Shown here piece by piece: positions 18,888-29,126 of a DNA stretch of 64,000 nucleotides; within the stretch, counting starts at the first letter, position 1, and every line of letters begins with the position of its first letter. The stretch covers positions 2,738,656-2,802,655 of the forward strand of contig CBDDLK010000001.1 of assembly GCA_965230715.1 (NCBI GenBank), read 5' to 3'. Below the pieces are notes generated by a model. The model worked only from the letters and a program-made list of their open reading frames with translations. It was not told where the DNA came from and made no database searches. This stretch comes from Rhizobiaceae bacterium (GTDB taxonomy: Bacteria > Pseudomonadota > Alphaproteobacteria > Rhizobiales > Rhizobiaceae). The translations under genes and the position numbers were made by a program.

Positions 18888-20716
18888 TGGACTTTCAAAT
18901 CAATAACAGGAGCATTGCCGGTTCCACCATAAAGTTGGTCGACGATGGCGGCTCGGTTATCCAGAACCGCTCTTTGATTAATGTACCCTTTGTCAGTAAT
19001 TTCGCTTCTGTCGACAGAAGGTGGTGTTTCGAGCAACACCGCACGGGCAATCCGGCGCGAACCGCCGCCAGCCGATTTGTTGTGCCTCAACAATCCGTCC
19101 CGAATCGCATTGACAACCAGAGGATCGGTCAGCACCAAACTTGTATCTGTTTCAGACGACCGGGCCTGACAGGCCTCAAGTTTTGGAAATATCAGCGCGG
19201 AAATGTCGTTTTGATTATGCCCGGCAATGACAACATCAGATATCAATTCCGGGCAAGTTGAAATCAGGTCGACCCGCAATTCACCAACATTCACCCATGT
19301 GCCTGACAACAGCTTGAAATTCTCTCCGATCCGCCCGTCGAACAGGATGCCCCTGTTGACATCATCGGCGTCAACCAGTTTGCCGGCATCGCCAATTTTC
19401 AGGAACCCCTCTTCGTCAAACATGTCGCCGGTCAACTCTGGCTGTCCCCAATAACCGGGGGTCACAGAAGGCGCTTTGGCGCGAAGTTCCAATTTGCCGC
19501 CAGTGTCCTTGATAAACTTGATTTCGGCACCTGGCGGCGGCAAACCGATATTGCCTGCATGATGGTTCTCAAAGTAGACTGCGGTGACAACCGGACCGGT
19601 TTCCGTGCTGCCCCAAAGCCCAACGATAGGCACCTCTCGTCCCTTGACCCGAAGTGCGATCTCCTTCAGCGCGGTCCAAATTGGCTCGGGCAGGGCCGCG
19701 CCTGCATACCCAATCAGCTCGACATTCTCGAACAACGCCTGCTGCAATTGCGGGTCATCCTTCATCTCACCGAGAAGTGCATCGAACCCGCGTGGTACGT
19801 TGAAATAGACCGATGGCCGAGTTGCCTTGATTGCCTCAACCGTCCCCTGGATCGCCCCAGGCATCGGCCTGCCCTTGTCGATTGTCAGTGTTCCACCTTG
19901 GTAGATCGCCATATTGAAGTTCTGGTTGCCACCAAATGTGTGGTTCCAAGGCAACCAATCCACCATCTGCAATGGCTTGTCTTTTAGAACGGGCCAAATC
20001 TGACGGAGGGCCTGCTGATTTGAGCACATCATCCGGTGGGTGTTTATTACCCCCTTTGGGTTTCCGGTAGACCCTGAGGTGAACAGGATTTTGGCAACGC
20101 CATCCGGGTCAATTTCCGGCAACATCCGTTCAGACTTGCTACCTGTTGCCAGCAGTTCATCCCAACCCAATACCCCGCTTTCCCCTGCGGTCATGGAAAC
20201 CAACTGAATGCCTTCCCAATTAAGGTTTTCGACCGCCCTTGAGTGCTCACGAACGTCATCGAAAACGACAATCGAAGGGTTGAGCAATCCAAGAACATAT
20301 TTCAGTTTTGCGTGATCTGAAGATTTCAGCGAATAGGCTGATGAAACAGGTGCAACCGGGACCCCGGCGGCGTAGCATCCAAGGACAAGCTGTGCCATTT
20401 TCGCTGAATTGTCAGACAACAACGCTACCGGGCGCTCTGCAGTCGCCCCCATTTCAAGCATGGAACGGGCAATAAGGCGGGCAGTGCCTGCAACCTCGCC
20501 ATAGGTAGCAATGCTTTGACTGCCATCTGTCTCCAGTTCAACATAAAGCGGTTTGTCCGGGTTTGCCTGCGCATGGTGCCACAACGCTTCTGTTATGGAG
20601 CCACGATAGGTCTGCAACGGGACATTGCAAACAATTTTGAAATCCTCTTCGCCCAAGTCCACGCGCGAGCAGGAGACATCACCGAAAGGCGTACAACATT
20701 CGCTGTTGGTTTCCAT
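18884..20716 (-). CDS. AMP-dependent CoA ligase, feruloyl-CoA-synthase-like (610 aa)
   Basis: It has the FTSGSTGNPKGV motif. The N-terminal region VAPVSSAYSLKSSDHAKLKYVLGLLNPSIVVF resembles Fcs-type ligases as I remember them. Confidence 0.8.
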   Translation of the reverse strand: METNSECCTPFGDVSCSRVDLGEEDFKIVCNVPLQTYRGSITEALWHHAQANPDKPLYVELETDGSQSIATYGEVAGTARLIARSMLEMGATAERPVALLSDNSAKMAQLVLGCYAAGVPVAPVSSAYSLKSSDHAKLKYVLGLLNPSIVVFDDVREHSRAVENLNWEGIQLVSMTAGESGVLGWDELLATGSKSERMLPEIDPDGVAKILFTSGSTGNPKGVINTHRMMCSNQQALRQIWPVLKDKPLQMVDWLPWNHTFGGNQNFNMAIYQGGTLTIDKGRPMPGAIQGTVEAIKATRPSVYFNVPRGFDALLGEMKDDPQLQQALFENVELIGYAGAALPEPIWTALKEIALRVKGREVPIVGLWGSTETGPVVTAVYFENHHAGNIGLPPPGAEIKFIKDTGGKLELRAKAPSVTPGYWGQPELTGDMFDEEGFLKIGDAGKLVDADDVNRGILFDGRIGENFKLLSGTWVNVGELRVDLISTCPELISDVVIAGHNQNDISALIFPKLEACQARSSETDTSLVLTDPLVVNAIRDGLLRHNKSAGGGSRRIARAVLLETPPSVDRSEITDKGYINQRAVLDNRAAIVDQLYGGTGNAPVIDLKVQ

Positions 20717-20758
20717 TGCTAGATCCGGTTCAGTTTTTTTGGTGCTTCATTTTTGCGG

Positions 20759-21550
20759 TTAATCCTTCTTAACACGCGGTGCCCGTCCGCTCAGAAACTC
20801 TTCCAACAGGTTTTGCGCATCCTCGCTGGTATGGGCGAGGCCTGCCATCAGGGACTCGGTGAGAAACCCGCCTTCGGACGGCATGTCATACATTCGGGGC
20901 AAAGCATGAATAATTGCAAAGTTCGACAACCCTGCATTCCCGGCAACCTTTTCAGCGAGTTCCAGCGCCTTTGCTTCCGAACCGCCCGCTTCCACCAGGT
21001 GATGTGACAGCCCGAGGTCAAAACCGCGTTTGGCATCAAAGACATTTCCCGTCAGCATCATCTCGGCCATTCGCCCTGCCCCTATAATATTGGCAACCCG
21101 AACGGAGGCACCACCACCTACGTAAATCCCCCGAACCGCCTCGGGCAGAGCGAAAAAGCAACTGTCATCGGACACCCGTACATGCGTCGACGTTGCAATT
21201 TCCAACCCGCCCCCGATTACTGCGCCCTTCATGGCACTGATGACCGGGACACGCGAAAACTGTATTTTTTCCAGTACACGGTGCCAAAGCCGTGAATGGT
21301 ACATCGTTTCAGAAGCCGTCCTTTTGCGATGTTCAGTCAGGTCGAGACCCGCGCAAAAATGTTCCCCATCAGCGGTCAGAACAACTGAACCGACATCTTC
21401 TGGCAGTTCATCAAAGAACCGCTCAAAATGCAAAATTGTGGCATCGTTCACGGCATTGCGTTTCGCCGGTCTGCTGAAGCGCAGTATGGCAATGTTGTCC
21501 TGTCGTTCTTCGACGAGCCCGGATTCACCCGGCATGGGGGTATAAGACAT
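20759..21550 (-). CDS. enoyl-CoA hydratase/isomerase (crotonase) family
   Basis: It has FCAGLDL and GAVIGGGLEIA oxyanion-hole segments. Confidence 0.88.
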   Translation of the reverse strand: MSYTPMPGESGLVEERQDNIAILRFSRPAKRNAVNDATILHFERFFDELPEDVGSVVLTADGEHFCAGLDLTEHRKRTASETMYHSRLWHRVLEKIQFSRVPVISAMKGAVIGGGLEIATSTHVRVSDDSCFFALPEAVRGIYVGGGASVRVANIIGAGRMAEMMLTGNVFDAKRGFDLGLSHHLVEAGGSEAKALELAEKVAGNAGLSNFAIIHALPRMYDMPSEGGFLTESLMAGLAHTSEDAQNLLEEFLSGRAPRVKKD

Positions 21551-21625
21551 CTAAGGTTCCGTATAAGTTTGTTTCGCTGCCCGGAACCCTACATCAAAAT
21601 CCCGGGCGACGCGCAAGGCGAATGT

Positions 21626-22687
21626 TCAGTTTCCTGCCTTCGCCTTTTCCAACTTTTTCTCGTTGAACGACGGTGTGCGGCCCTTCTGTGCAACAATACC
21701 TGCGCCACCCTCGTAGATTTCAAGGGTTTTCGATTTTGGTCGAAATGCATCATTGTTCAGCCACAACCGAAGCAGGTGGCGACGTTCGTCAGGGTCATCA
21801 TGGTCAACAAATGCTGTGCGGGAATGCACATGGTTGAGGTTGTTTACCCACTGGATTTGGCCGGGCTGGGTCATGAACTCAAACATGTATGTCGGGTCAT
21901 TTTGGTAGTCCCACAACAGTTCCACACATTCTTCCTCGAACCCCTCCAACGGCTCGCCCAGTTCTCGTTGACCCATCTCAATGAATGTCTTGATCCAACG
22001 TGAGCTGATTTTGCCGTCAGTGTCCGAGAAAACTGGAATTTTGTATGGGGTAACAGGATCATCGCCAGGCCCTTCTTCGCCACGGCGGTGGTAGTGGAAA
22101 CCCTGGTAAAGTCGCTCCAATACATCCGGACGGTTCTTCAGCAAGGCGTTGTGAACCGACGCCATGCTGGTCAGTTGGCTCAAACCACCTTCCTTGGCAC
22201 CCTTGATGCAGCACAATGACAGGATATCGCAATAGTCAGTATGCGGATTGAGCTTGTCCGAATTTCGATAGGCACGGGCGTGTGGATCGTTTTCAACTTT
22301 TGTAGCATCACGGACATGTCCAAGACGTTCGCCCATGACAGATTGAACAAGGCCGTTTCCCAGCGTTGTTCCCATCCCCCAATAGGCGCGCTCAACGTCC
22401 TCCTGCGACCAGCGGTCTACCGGTAATCCGGACATGATCAGGAACCCACGGCCATGTTGAAGTTCGTCCCAAACCTTTTTCATGGTTTGCTTGAGCTTTG
22501 GACAATCGAAATCCTCGGCTTCGACCTCATCCAGTCCTTTGCCCTCGGCATCCATTTTCCTGTTGAAGGCTTCAAGTTCGGCGATCTCGTCCGCCGAAAG
22601 CTCGATTGTGTAGTCAGCGGGAACCAGTTTGGCAGGTAACCAGGCCTCGGCTCCCTCGATCGGTTTGATATCTGTGGCAAGAGTCAT
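21626..22687 (-). CDS. TauD/TfdA-family Fe(II)/2-oxoglutarate dioxygenase
   Basis: It has an HxD iron motif (LNPHTDYCD) and a distal His (NHVHSRTAF). Length is 353 aa. Its ATG overlaps the upstream stop (ATGA). Confidence 0.75.
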   Translation of the reverse strand: MTLATDIKPIEGAEAWLPAKLVPADYTIELSADEIAELEAFNRKMDAEGKGLDEVEAEDFDCPKLKQTMKKVWDELQHGRGFLIMSGLPVDRWSQEDVERAYWGMGTTLGNGLVQSVMGERLGHVRDATKVENDPHARAYRNSDKLNPHTDYCDILSLCCIKGAKEGGLSQLTSMASVHNALLKNRPDVLERLYQGFHYHRRGEEGPGDDPVTPYKIPVFSDTDGKISSRWIKTFIEMGQRELGEPLEGFEEECVELLWDYQNDPTYMFEFMTQPGQIQWVNNLNHVHSRTAFVDHDDPDERRHLLRLWLNNDAFRPKSKTLEIYEGGAGIVAQKGRTPSFNEKKLEKAKAGN

Positions 22688-23355
22688 GTCGTTTCTTCTC
22701 CAAATGCACGGTTAATAACGGGGACTTGCTCCGGCACAATCGTGGTTTTACCGGTGAACCCCAACTCCTGCACGCGCTGGCAAAGCACATGCAGTCCCTC
22801 CAGGTCTTCGAGAGGACGATACGGCTCATCGAACAACATGATCCCCCGAATGGATGCTGCGCTGGCTGTTCGGGCACGGGCATAACGAAGCCCTTCCCAA
22901 CTGCGACCACAGCGCGCGTAAATCGAATAATCTTTGCCGCCAAAGAAAATGCCAACAAGGTTGGCTCGTGTCTCGACAATATCGAAAACGTTCTCCACGG
23001 CTTGTGGTCGCTCAACAATAGCGATCACGGGCATGTCCGGCATGATGTCAGCAAACATGTCCAGCTCGACACGGGTGTCAAAGCGGGGAATGCAAATACT
23101 GTCTGGCTTCATATCGCTTTCAGCGATCATGATCATGTCTTTCAGGCCATCCAGCGTGTTCAATCCGTTAATGCGAACACAATGATTGAAGTCACCATGG
23201 CGCTTGGAAATGAATTCGCGAACCAGTTCGCGCCCTGCTTCCTTGTCGTCAACGGTATCCTCAAGGTCGACCATGACCATGTCGGCCCCACAGGAAATGG
23301 CGGCCGCGAATTTTTCGCGGCTCGCCCCCATAACAATGATCGAACTTCGGATCAT
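22684..23355 (-). CDS. HpcH/HpaI aldolase / citrate-lyase beta (CitE)-like protein, short form
   Basis: RSSIIVMGAS...ADMVMVDLEDTV, AIVERPQAV and FGGKDY follow the order of CitE/acyl-CoA-lyase motifs. At about 223 aa it lacks the usual C-terminal part. The ATG at 23355 overlaps the dctP-type stop. Confidence 0.7.
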   Translation of the reverse strand: MIRSSIIVMGASREKFAAAISCGADMVMVDLEDTVDDKEAGRELVREFISKRHGDFNHCVRINGLNTLDGLKDMIMIAESDMKPDSICIPRFDTRVELDMFADIMPDMPVIAIVERPQAVENVFDIVETRANLVGIFFGGKDYSIYARCGRSWEGLRYARARTASAASIRGIMLFDEPYRPLEDLEGLHVLCQRVQELGFTGKTTIVPEQVPVINRAFGEETT

Positions 23356-24467
23356 CAAAGCTTCTCCGGATCCACTTTAGAGTAGATTTCATCCTGAAGT
23401 GCCTTGATGAAAGCGGCGCGTTCACCACCGGTTTCCTCGGTGATTTTGCTCCACTTCTTTTCAAGTTCGAAATAGGTTTCGATCAGGGCTTCAGGGTTTT
23501 CAACACCGCGCTTCTTGGCCCGCTCGATGATCTGCGGCAAAGCTTTGGCACGATAGCTTTCCAAGGCAGTGTCAAAATCGGCACCACCTGCTTCGAACGT
23601 GACACCGGCTTCCTTGGCCAGACCAATCGCAACCTGATCCTGGGCGTCATAACCGTCAACAATACCCCGATAGCTTGACCTTGCGAGCGAATTTACAATT
23701 CCCTGACGGTTTTCAGCGGAAACACTGTCCCAGCTGTCACGATTCATGAAAAGGTAAGACATGACCCGCGTAATTCCCATTGGGGTATCAACCACATGCT
23801 TGACTGTGTCGAACAGGCTGAAGCTCTTGAGCCAGGCAACCGGTCCAAACGTACAATCAATCTGGCCCCGCTGCAGACCCTCAACCAACTCACCCGATGT
23901 CATCTTGACAGGTGTCATTTGCAAATGCTTGGCCCAGCCACCAGTAGCGCCCGACGAACGGACCTTGACCCCTTTGAGGTCAGCGACAGTCTTGTAGGGC
24001 TCGGTGCACATCATGCGAAACGCAGAAGTAACGGTGCTTCCAAGATAAACCAGATTGTGCTTGCGGAAATCTTCAAGACAGCCCGGACAGTTCAAAAGCA
24101 CGGTTTCCTCGGTAGCGCCCAAAATGGCCAGCGGATTGTCTCCGAAGTACTGCAACTCGTTGATGGTTGCGACGACCGGGATAGAGTTGGTCACAAAGCT
24201 GGGTACCGTAGCCGATGCATCAGCCATGCCGCGACCTGTCGATGCCAGAGCCTCGCGGGCCGGAAACAGGGCGCCACCGGAAACCAGTTTCCACGCAACC
24301 TCTCCGTTGGTGTTCTTTTCGATGTCTTCAAAAAGCGTCGGAAGGATAATGGTGTTGATCAGGTGTTTGGGCCCGACCCAGCTACCATAAGTGAATTCAT
24401 CGGCATTCGCGGCAACTGGCGATATCATCGCCGCGACCGCCAGACCAGTCAGGAATTGTTTGAACAT
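23355..24467 (-). CDS. TRAP transporter substrate-binding protein (DctP family)
   Basis: It has the signal peptide MFKQFLTGLAVAAMISPVAANA, is 370 aa, and lies next to the DctM and DctQ genes. Confidence 0.88.
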   Translation of the reverse strand: MFKQFLTGLAVAAMISPVAANADEFTYGSWVGPKHLINTIILPTLFEDIEKNTNGEVAWKLVSGGALFPAREALASTGRGMADASATVPSFVTNSIPVVATINELQYFGDNPLAILGATEETVLLNCPGCLEDFRKHNLVYLGSTVTSAFRMMCTEPYKTVADLKGVKVRSSGATGGWAKHLQMTPVKMTSGELVEGLQRGQIDCTFGPVAWLKSFSLFDTVKHVVDTPMGITRVMSYLFMNRDSWDSVSAENRQGIVNSLARSSYRGIVDGYDAQDQVAIGLAKEAGVTFEAGGADFDTALESYRAKALPQIIERAKKRGVENPEALIETYFELEKKWSKITEETGGERAAFIKALQDEIYSKVDPEKL

Positions 24468-24500
24468 TTGTAACCTCCTATTGGATGGATTTGTGCCGCC

Positions 24501-25805
24501 TTACATCAGGCTTGGCAGGTAAAGAGACAGTGCGGGAAAGGCGATGAGAAGCGCCACTACCACAGCCTCACAGCCGAGGAACCACCAGATTCCGCGGAAG
24601 ATTTCGTTGAGTTTTACATCGTCACCCGTCACCGAGTTGATGACGTAGACATTAAAGCCGACCGGCGGCGTCAACAGACCGATTTCCAGGTACTTGACCA
24701 CGATGATACCGAACCAGATCAGGTCCAAGTCCAATCGTTCATAAATCGGCAGCAAAATGGGAAGCGTGATAAGCATCAACCCCAAGGGGTCCAGAAACAT
24801 GCCCAGGATGATGAAGATGACCGAGGTTGCCAGAACCAGCCAAATCAGGTTTCCCGAATAGCCTTCCATGATATCCGCCAGGAAAAAGGGAACCCCGCTC
24901 ATCGTCAAAAAGATTGTGAGAAGGACCGCACCGATCGCTACAAAGAAAAGACGGGAGGTTGAATGGAGCGCATCTTCGAAGGCGTTTAACATGCTGGACC
25001 AACTGAACTTGCCCTGGACGATTGTGATGACGATAGCCATGAATGCGCCGAATGCCGCTGCTTCGGTCGGCGTGACAAAACCCGAATAGATGCCGCCAAT
25101 GATTGCAAGTATCAGAAGGAAGATTGGCCAGACCTCCTTTGCCGACTGTATCTTCTCTTCCCGCGTGAAAGCCTCCACAGATGCAGGTGCAAGCTCTGGG
25201 TTCATGCTGCAACGTGTGATCAACATGGCCGCATAGACGAAGGCCGTCAGCAAGCCGGGAATGATCCCTGCAATCAACAACTTGCTGATCGAAACTTCAG
25301 CGAACACGCCGTAGAGCACCAGAAGAATACTGGGAGGGATCAGGGAACCCAAGGTGCCCGAAGCGGCGACAACACTTGTGGCCAACGACTTGTCGTATCC
25401 ACGTTTCAGCATCTCGGGAACGGCAAGTCGGCCCATTGCCGCTGCCGTTGCCATGGAAGAGCCTGACGCTGCTGCAAAGCCGGCACAGGCAAAATTCGTC
25501 GCGACGGCCAAGCCACCTGGCAACCAGCTGAGCCAAATGCGCGCCATATTGAACAGCGCTCCACTGATCCCTGAATTATGCGCTATCGCCCCCATAAGGA
25601 TAAACATCGGGATCGCTGAAAGGCTCCAATGCGCTGTAAAACTGAACGGAATGGTCTCCAAGGTACCGAAAGCCACCTTGAAGTTCTTGAGGAACATGAT
25701 CCCCGCGATTGACGTAAGCCCAAGCGAGATGGCAATCGGAACGCGAGCAGCAAGAAGCAGGATGGCGATGCCAACGCCGGTGAAACCAATTGCAAGATCT
25801 GACAT
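24501..25805 (-). CDS. TRAP transporter large permease (DctM family)
   Basis: It is a polytopic protein of about 434 aa. The start at MSDLAIG shares one nucleotide with the DctQ stop (TGATG). The longer track ORF is an upstream read-through. Confidence 0.9.
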   Translation of the reverse strand: MSDLAIGFTGVGIAILLLAARVPIAISLGLTSIAGIMFLKNFKVAFGTLETIPFSFTAHWSLSAIPMFILMGAIAHNSGISGALFNMARIWLSWLPGGLAVATNFACAGFAAASGSSMATAAAMGRLAVPEMLKRGYDKSLATSVVAASGTLGSLIPPSILLVLYGVFAEVSISKLLIAGIIPGLLTAFVYAAMLITRCSMNPELAPASVEAFTREEKIQSAKEVWPIFLLILAIIGGIYSGFVTPTEAAAFGAFMAIVITIVQGKFSWSSMLNAFEDALHSTSRLFFVAIGAVLLTIFLTMSGVPFFLADIMEGYSGNLIWLVLATSVIFIILGMFLDPLGLMLITLPILLPIYERLDLDLIWFGIIVVKYLEIGLLTPPVGFNVYVINSVTGDDVKLNEIFRGIWWFLGCEAVVVALLIAFPALSLYLPSLM

Positions 25806-26311
25806 CAGCCCGCCTCCCCGTAATTTTGCCCCAGAAGGGACTTCAGGTCTTTGCGCATTTTTGCCAATGTAACAAAGATAAACAGGAAAGACGCAAACGG
25901 CAGGCACCAACGGCTTGGCCAGACTTCAATGAACGTTACCGCCGCTTCCCAACTCTCCCGATACCCGGTGTTCTCAATCGCGCTCATGGTCGAGGCCCAG
26001 CAGAAAACAACCAGAAATATCAACGTCAGCAACCCGGCAAACAGATCAAAGCCTGCCATATTCTTGCGCTCGAGGTTTTGGGTAAATACCTCTACGATCA
26101 AGTGCCCTTCCTTGCGTGTCACATAAGCCAAGGGAAGAAACACAACGCCAACCATGTAGTATGCAGAGACTATCTCGGTGGTGCCATCAATTGGGGCATT
26201 GAATACATTTCTCGCCACGACATCGACGACAATGTGGATCATCATCAGGGAGAGCATGATCAACCCGATTTTATCACCAATGCGCTCCAGCGTTTTCAGG
26301 AAAAAATCCAT
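25805..26311 (-). CDS. TRAP transporter small permease (DctQ family)
   Basis: It is a 168-aa, 4-TM protein and the first gene of the Q-M-P order. Confidence 0.88.
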   Translation of the reverse strand: MDFFLKTLERIGDKIGLIMLSLMMIHIVVDVVARNVFNAPIDGTTEIVSAYYMVGVVFLPLAYVTRKEGHLIVEVFTQNLERKNMAGFDLFAGLLTLIFLVVFCWASTMSAIENTGYRESWEAAVTFIEVWPSRWCLPFASFLFIFVTLAKMRKDLKSLLGQNYGEAG

Positions 26312-26335
26312 CTCTACCTGCCTTCATATGCCCAC

Positions 26336-26357
26336 ATTATATTTGTAAAGTTACAAA
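26336..26357. promoter_or_regulatory. -10 box plus perfect palindromic operator in front of the TRAP operon
   Basis: The minus strand reads TTTGTAA-CT-TTACAAA directly followed by TATAAT, 24 nt upstream of the dctQ-type ATG. It lies in the divergent region shared with the MarR gene. Confidence 0.5.
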
Positions 26358-26728
26358 GGTATTTAAGTCAACCTTTTTGCGGCACTTAACGAAATTTTTC
26401 TCATTTCCGACCTTGGACCCACTCCCGAAACAGCGAACTGTCCTGCTAGCGGCAGTGTTTTTTATTGATATTTTTCAGTATGATACGCAATCGTACGGAT
26501 TGCAGGGCGATTCTCTGTCAGAATTCTTGTATTGGATGAAACTGAGCCAACCATTCGGAATTGGTCAGTTTTTGCGGAACAAAAATTTTCAGACTTTCAT
26601 CGCAATTTTTGCTGTCAGCTCAAGGAAAAATCAAGCCAAAGCAAAACCTAGTTAACTTTCGAAAGTAGACCTTGGCTGTTTGGGCTTATGACGTTAAAGA
26701 TAATGCTGAAATCAGGCGAGGTAACTAA

Positions 26729-27271
26729 GTGAACAGCGGCGAAGAACTTAGACACAACACCGTTAACCGACGAGAATTGTTAAACGATGGAACTGACGAA
26801 GCGTTTCGACAGTTCGTACACGATGCGCTGGCGTTTTCTGTCAGACTGCTTGCAATTCGCGATGGATACGGCAAATTGATGGGGATCACCGGACCCCAAT
26901 ATACAATTCTTATCAGTATCGCCCATCTGGGTCGTCACGGACCTGTCAGCGTTTCGAAGATCTCCAATCATCTGCATCTTAGCGGGTCGTTTGTGACGAG
27001 CGAGACAAAGAAAATGGAGAATGAAAACCTGATACGCAAAGTCAGCAATTCCGGCGACAAACGACGGGTTGATCTTGAGATCACCGACGACGGGTGGCGA
27101 AGGCTTGCGGATCTGTCTTCGATTCAGGCGGAAGTAAACGACGTTCACTTCGGGCCGCTTACGCGCAAAACCTTCCGCCAGTTGCGGGAAATCCTGCCGG
27201 AACTGGTAGACAGCACTGACGAAGCTCTTTCGCTTCTCAATCACCTGAAAAATACAAACCGCCGCGCCTGA
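26729..27271 (+). CDS. MarR-family transcriptional regulator
   Basis: The winged-HTH region is GPQYTILISIAHLGRHGPVSVSKISNHLHLSGSFVTSETKKMENENLIRK. It has a GTG start. Confidence 0.85.
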   Translation: MNSGEELRHNTVNRRELLNDGTDEAFRQFVHDALAFSVRLLAIRDGYGKLMGITGPQYTILISIAHLGRHGPVSVSKISNHLHLSGSFVTSETKKMENENLIRKVSNSGDKRRVDLEITDDGWRRLADLSSIQAEVNDVHFGPLTRKTFRQLREILPELVDSTDEALSLLNHLKNTNRRA

Positions 27272-27291
27272 TGAACCTTGTTTGGAACTGA

Positions 27292-28476
27292 TCAGGCGAA
27301 CAGGTTTCTGATTTCAGAACGTTCGACGGTAATTGGCCTGACCGTAGGTGGCGTATTGCGGCTGCGCCCGACAAAGCGGGGAACACCATCTGATATTACC
27401 GCGCCAATGGCGCATGGGTCACCATTCTTCATTGCCTTCAATGCAGTGGGCTGGGTGCCACCTTCAGGGGCATCAATCAAAACGACATCCGCTGCCTTTC
27501 CAACTTGCAGGATACCACTGTCCAACCCGTAAGTGCGGGCGACATTGCCGGTTGCAGCGGCAATCATGGTTTCCATGTCAAAGTCGGCAAGCGAGGCGAT
27601 CTGCGTCATGGTATAGATCATTCCAAGGGGCATGATCCCGCTACCGGTGGGTGTGTCTGTCGCGATCAGAAACCGGTCCATTGCATCATGTTTCTTTGCC
27701 ATTTCGGCGCACAAGATTGTTGTACGGAGATTTCCGGCGGTACAGACCTGCATGGCAATTCGGGTATCACGTGCAACGGGTTCAAAATACTTGTCGTCCA
27801 TCGCGACAGGACCGCCATTGATATGAAATGACACATGTGGATTAATGGCCATCAAATCTTCGCCGGTGATCGGAAACGAACCTGGAATAGACGCTCCGCC
27901 GGTGTGCAGCGTTGTTGTCATTCCCGCTTTTCTGGCGAGATTGACCAACGCAACATAGTCTTGCGCCGCAGAAACCGCGCCAAATCCGGCTTTTGCGAGC
28001 CATACCCCGTCCTTGCTGATTTCTTCCAGGTCGGCAAGCTGCAAACCAGGTTCAAGGATAATGGAACCGGCATGGACCCGCATTCCGCCCGGTCTGTAAG
28101 TCTCAAAGCATTTGCGCGCAGCCACAGCAAGCGCTTTGACGCCCTGTATGTCGCTCGGTCGCCCGGGCACGTGAACCTCTGAAGCGGTGATTGATGTTGT
28201 TGTCCCGCCGTGGAGGTAACTGGTCAGATATCCAACTGTGTTTTGGCGCGGCGTGAAATCCCCGAACGTAATATGTACGTGACTGTCGATCAGGCCAGGA
28301 ATCGCTGTTGCGCCATTTGCATCAATTACGACATCGCAACCATCAAGCTCGTTGGCGGGAACATCCCCGATCGCGGTGATCTTCCCATTTTCGCAGATAA
28401 TCGTCTCCCCGTCGACCACGGGAGAGGTAAGATCTCCGGATACAATCGTCTGCAAATTGCGAACACCAACGCGCAT
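27292..28476 (-). CDS. metal-dependent amidohydrolase (enamidase / cyclic-amidase-like)
   Basis: It has an N-terminal beta-sandwich followed by GLIDSHVHITFGD (HxH metal site). Length is 394 aa. Confidence 0.8.
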   Translation of the reverse strand: MRVGVRNLQTIVSGDLTSPVVDGETIICENGKITAIGDVPANELDGCDVVIDANGATAIPGLIDSHVHITFGDFTPRQNTVGYLTSYLHGGTTTSITASEVHVPGRPSDIQGVKALAVAARKCFETYRPGGMRVHAGSIILEPGLQLADLEEISKDGVWLAKAGFGAVSAAQDYVALVNLARKAGMTTTLHTGGASIPGSFPITGEDLMAINPHVSFHINGGPVAMDDKYFEPVARDTRIAMQVCTAGNLRTTILCAEMAKKHDAMDRFLIATDTPTGSGIMPLGMIYTMTQIASLADFDMETMIAAATGNVARTYGLDSGILQVGKAADVVLIDAPEGGTQPTALKAMKNGDPCAIGAVISDGVPRFVGRSRNTPPTVRPITVERSEIRNLFA

Positions 28477-28512
28477 GGGGCTGCTCCACTTACTTTCGGG
28501 CCGGTCTTTGAC

Positions 28513-29091
28513 TCAGACCAATCCGTCTTCCTTCTTGGCTTCGCCTAGCGAAAGACCACCGCAACGTTCGTTCAAACGGCCACGGTTCGCCAGAACGCAA
28601 ATGACCGCGATTTCATCGGGCAAAGGCGCGTCGTGAAGCGTAATGCTCATCGCATCATAGTGAGACCTAACATACAAGGCATCCTTGTATGCGAGCGGAA
28701 TATCAATCGTCGCGCCGGGTTGTGCCCGTTTCGTGGCCGAAGAAACCCAAGCTTTGCCGCCACCGACAATCTCACGCATTACATTGCCATAAACCGTGGT
28801 CAACAGGGCAACCGCATGGTCCTGTTCTCCGTTTATCCCGACAACCCCACCCTTGCCGTAACTTTGCACTTCGTATGGAGCCAGCGCATCCTTTGCCATA
28901 TTGGTTATTCGGGTGCAAAGCTCCCGGCTCGCCTCATAATAGGGGGAAATGTCTTCGACATACCTGCCAGCGAATTCATTTTTTATGATCGCGACAACCG
29001 CTACCTTGCGCAACGGGACATCAGCTTCGATACCTGCCTCGGAAAATGTCTCCTCGACATAAGTGTTGATTCTGCGGATTTGCAATTGCAT
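28513..29091 (-). CDS. amino-acid-synthesis family protein (DUF1185 / AA_synth)
   Basis: The 192-aa product begins MQLQIRRINTYVEETFSEAGIEADVPLRKVAVVAIIKNEFAGRY. Size and N-terminus match the AA_synth family as I remember it. Confidence 0.65.
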   Translation of the reverse strand: MQLQIRRINTYVEETFSEAGIEADVPLRKVAVVAIIKNEFAGRYVEDISPYYEASRELCTRITNMAKDALAPYEVQSYGKGGVVGINGEQDHAVALLTTVYGNVMREIVGGGKAWVSSATKRAQPGATIDIPLAYKDALYVRSHYDAMSITLHDAPLPDEIAVICVLANRGRLNERCGGLSLGEAKKEDGLV

Positions 29092-29126
29092 TTTTGTCTA
29101 TCCTTTTGTTTCCAGCGTCAGACAGC

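Noticed and set aside
26377-26655. A 92-aa ORF and a terminator-like element (hairpin around 26437-26456 followed by GTTTTTTTATT) in the 417-nt region between the TRAP operon and the MarR gene. Together they could be read as an sRNA or a leader attenuator.
   Set aside because: The ORF is AT-rich with no RBS. The best stem I can draw is only 4 bp, a bulge and 2 bp, which is too weak to call without expression data.
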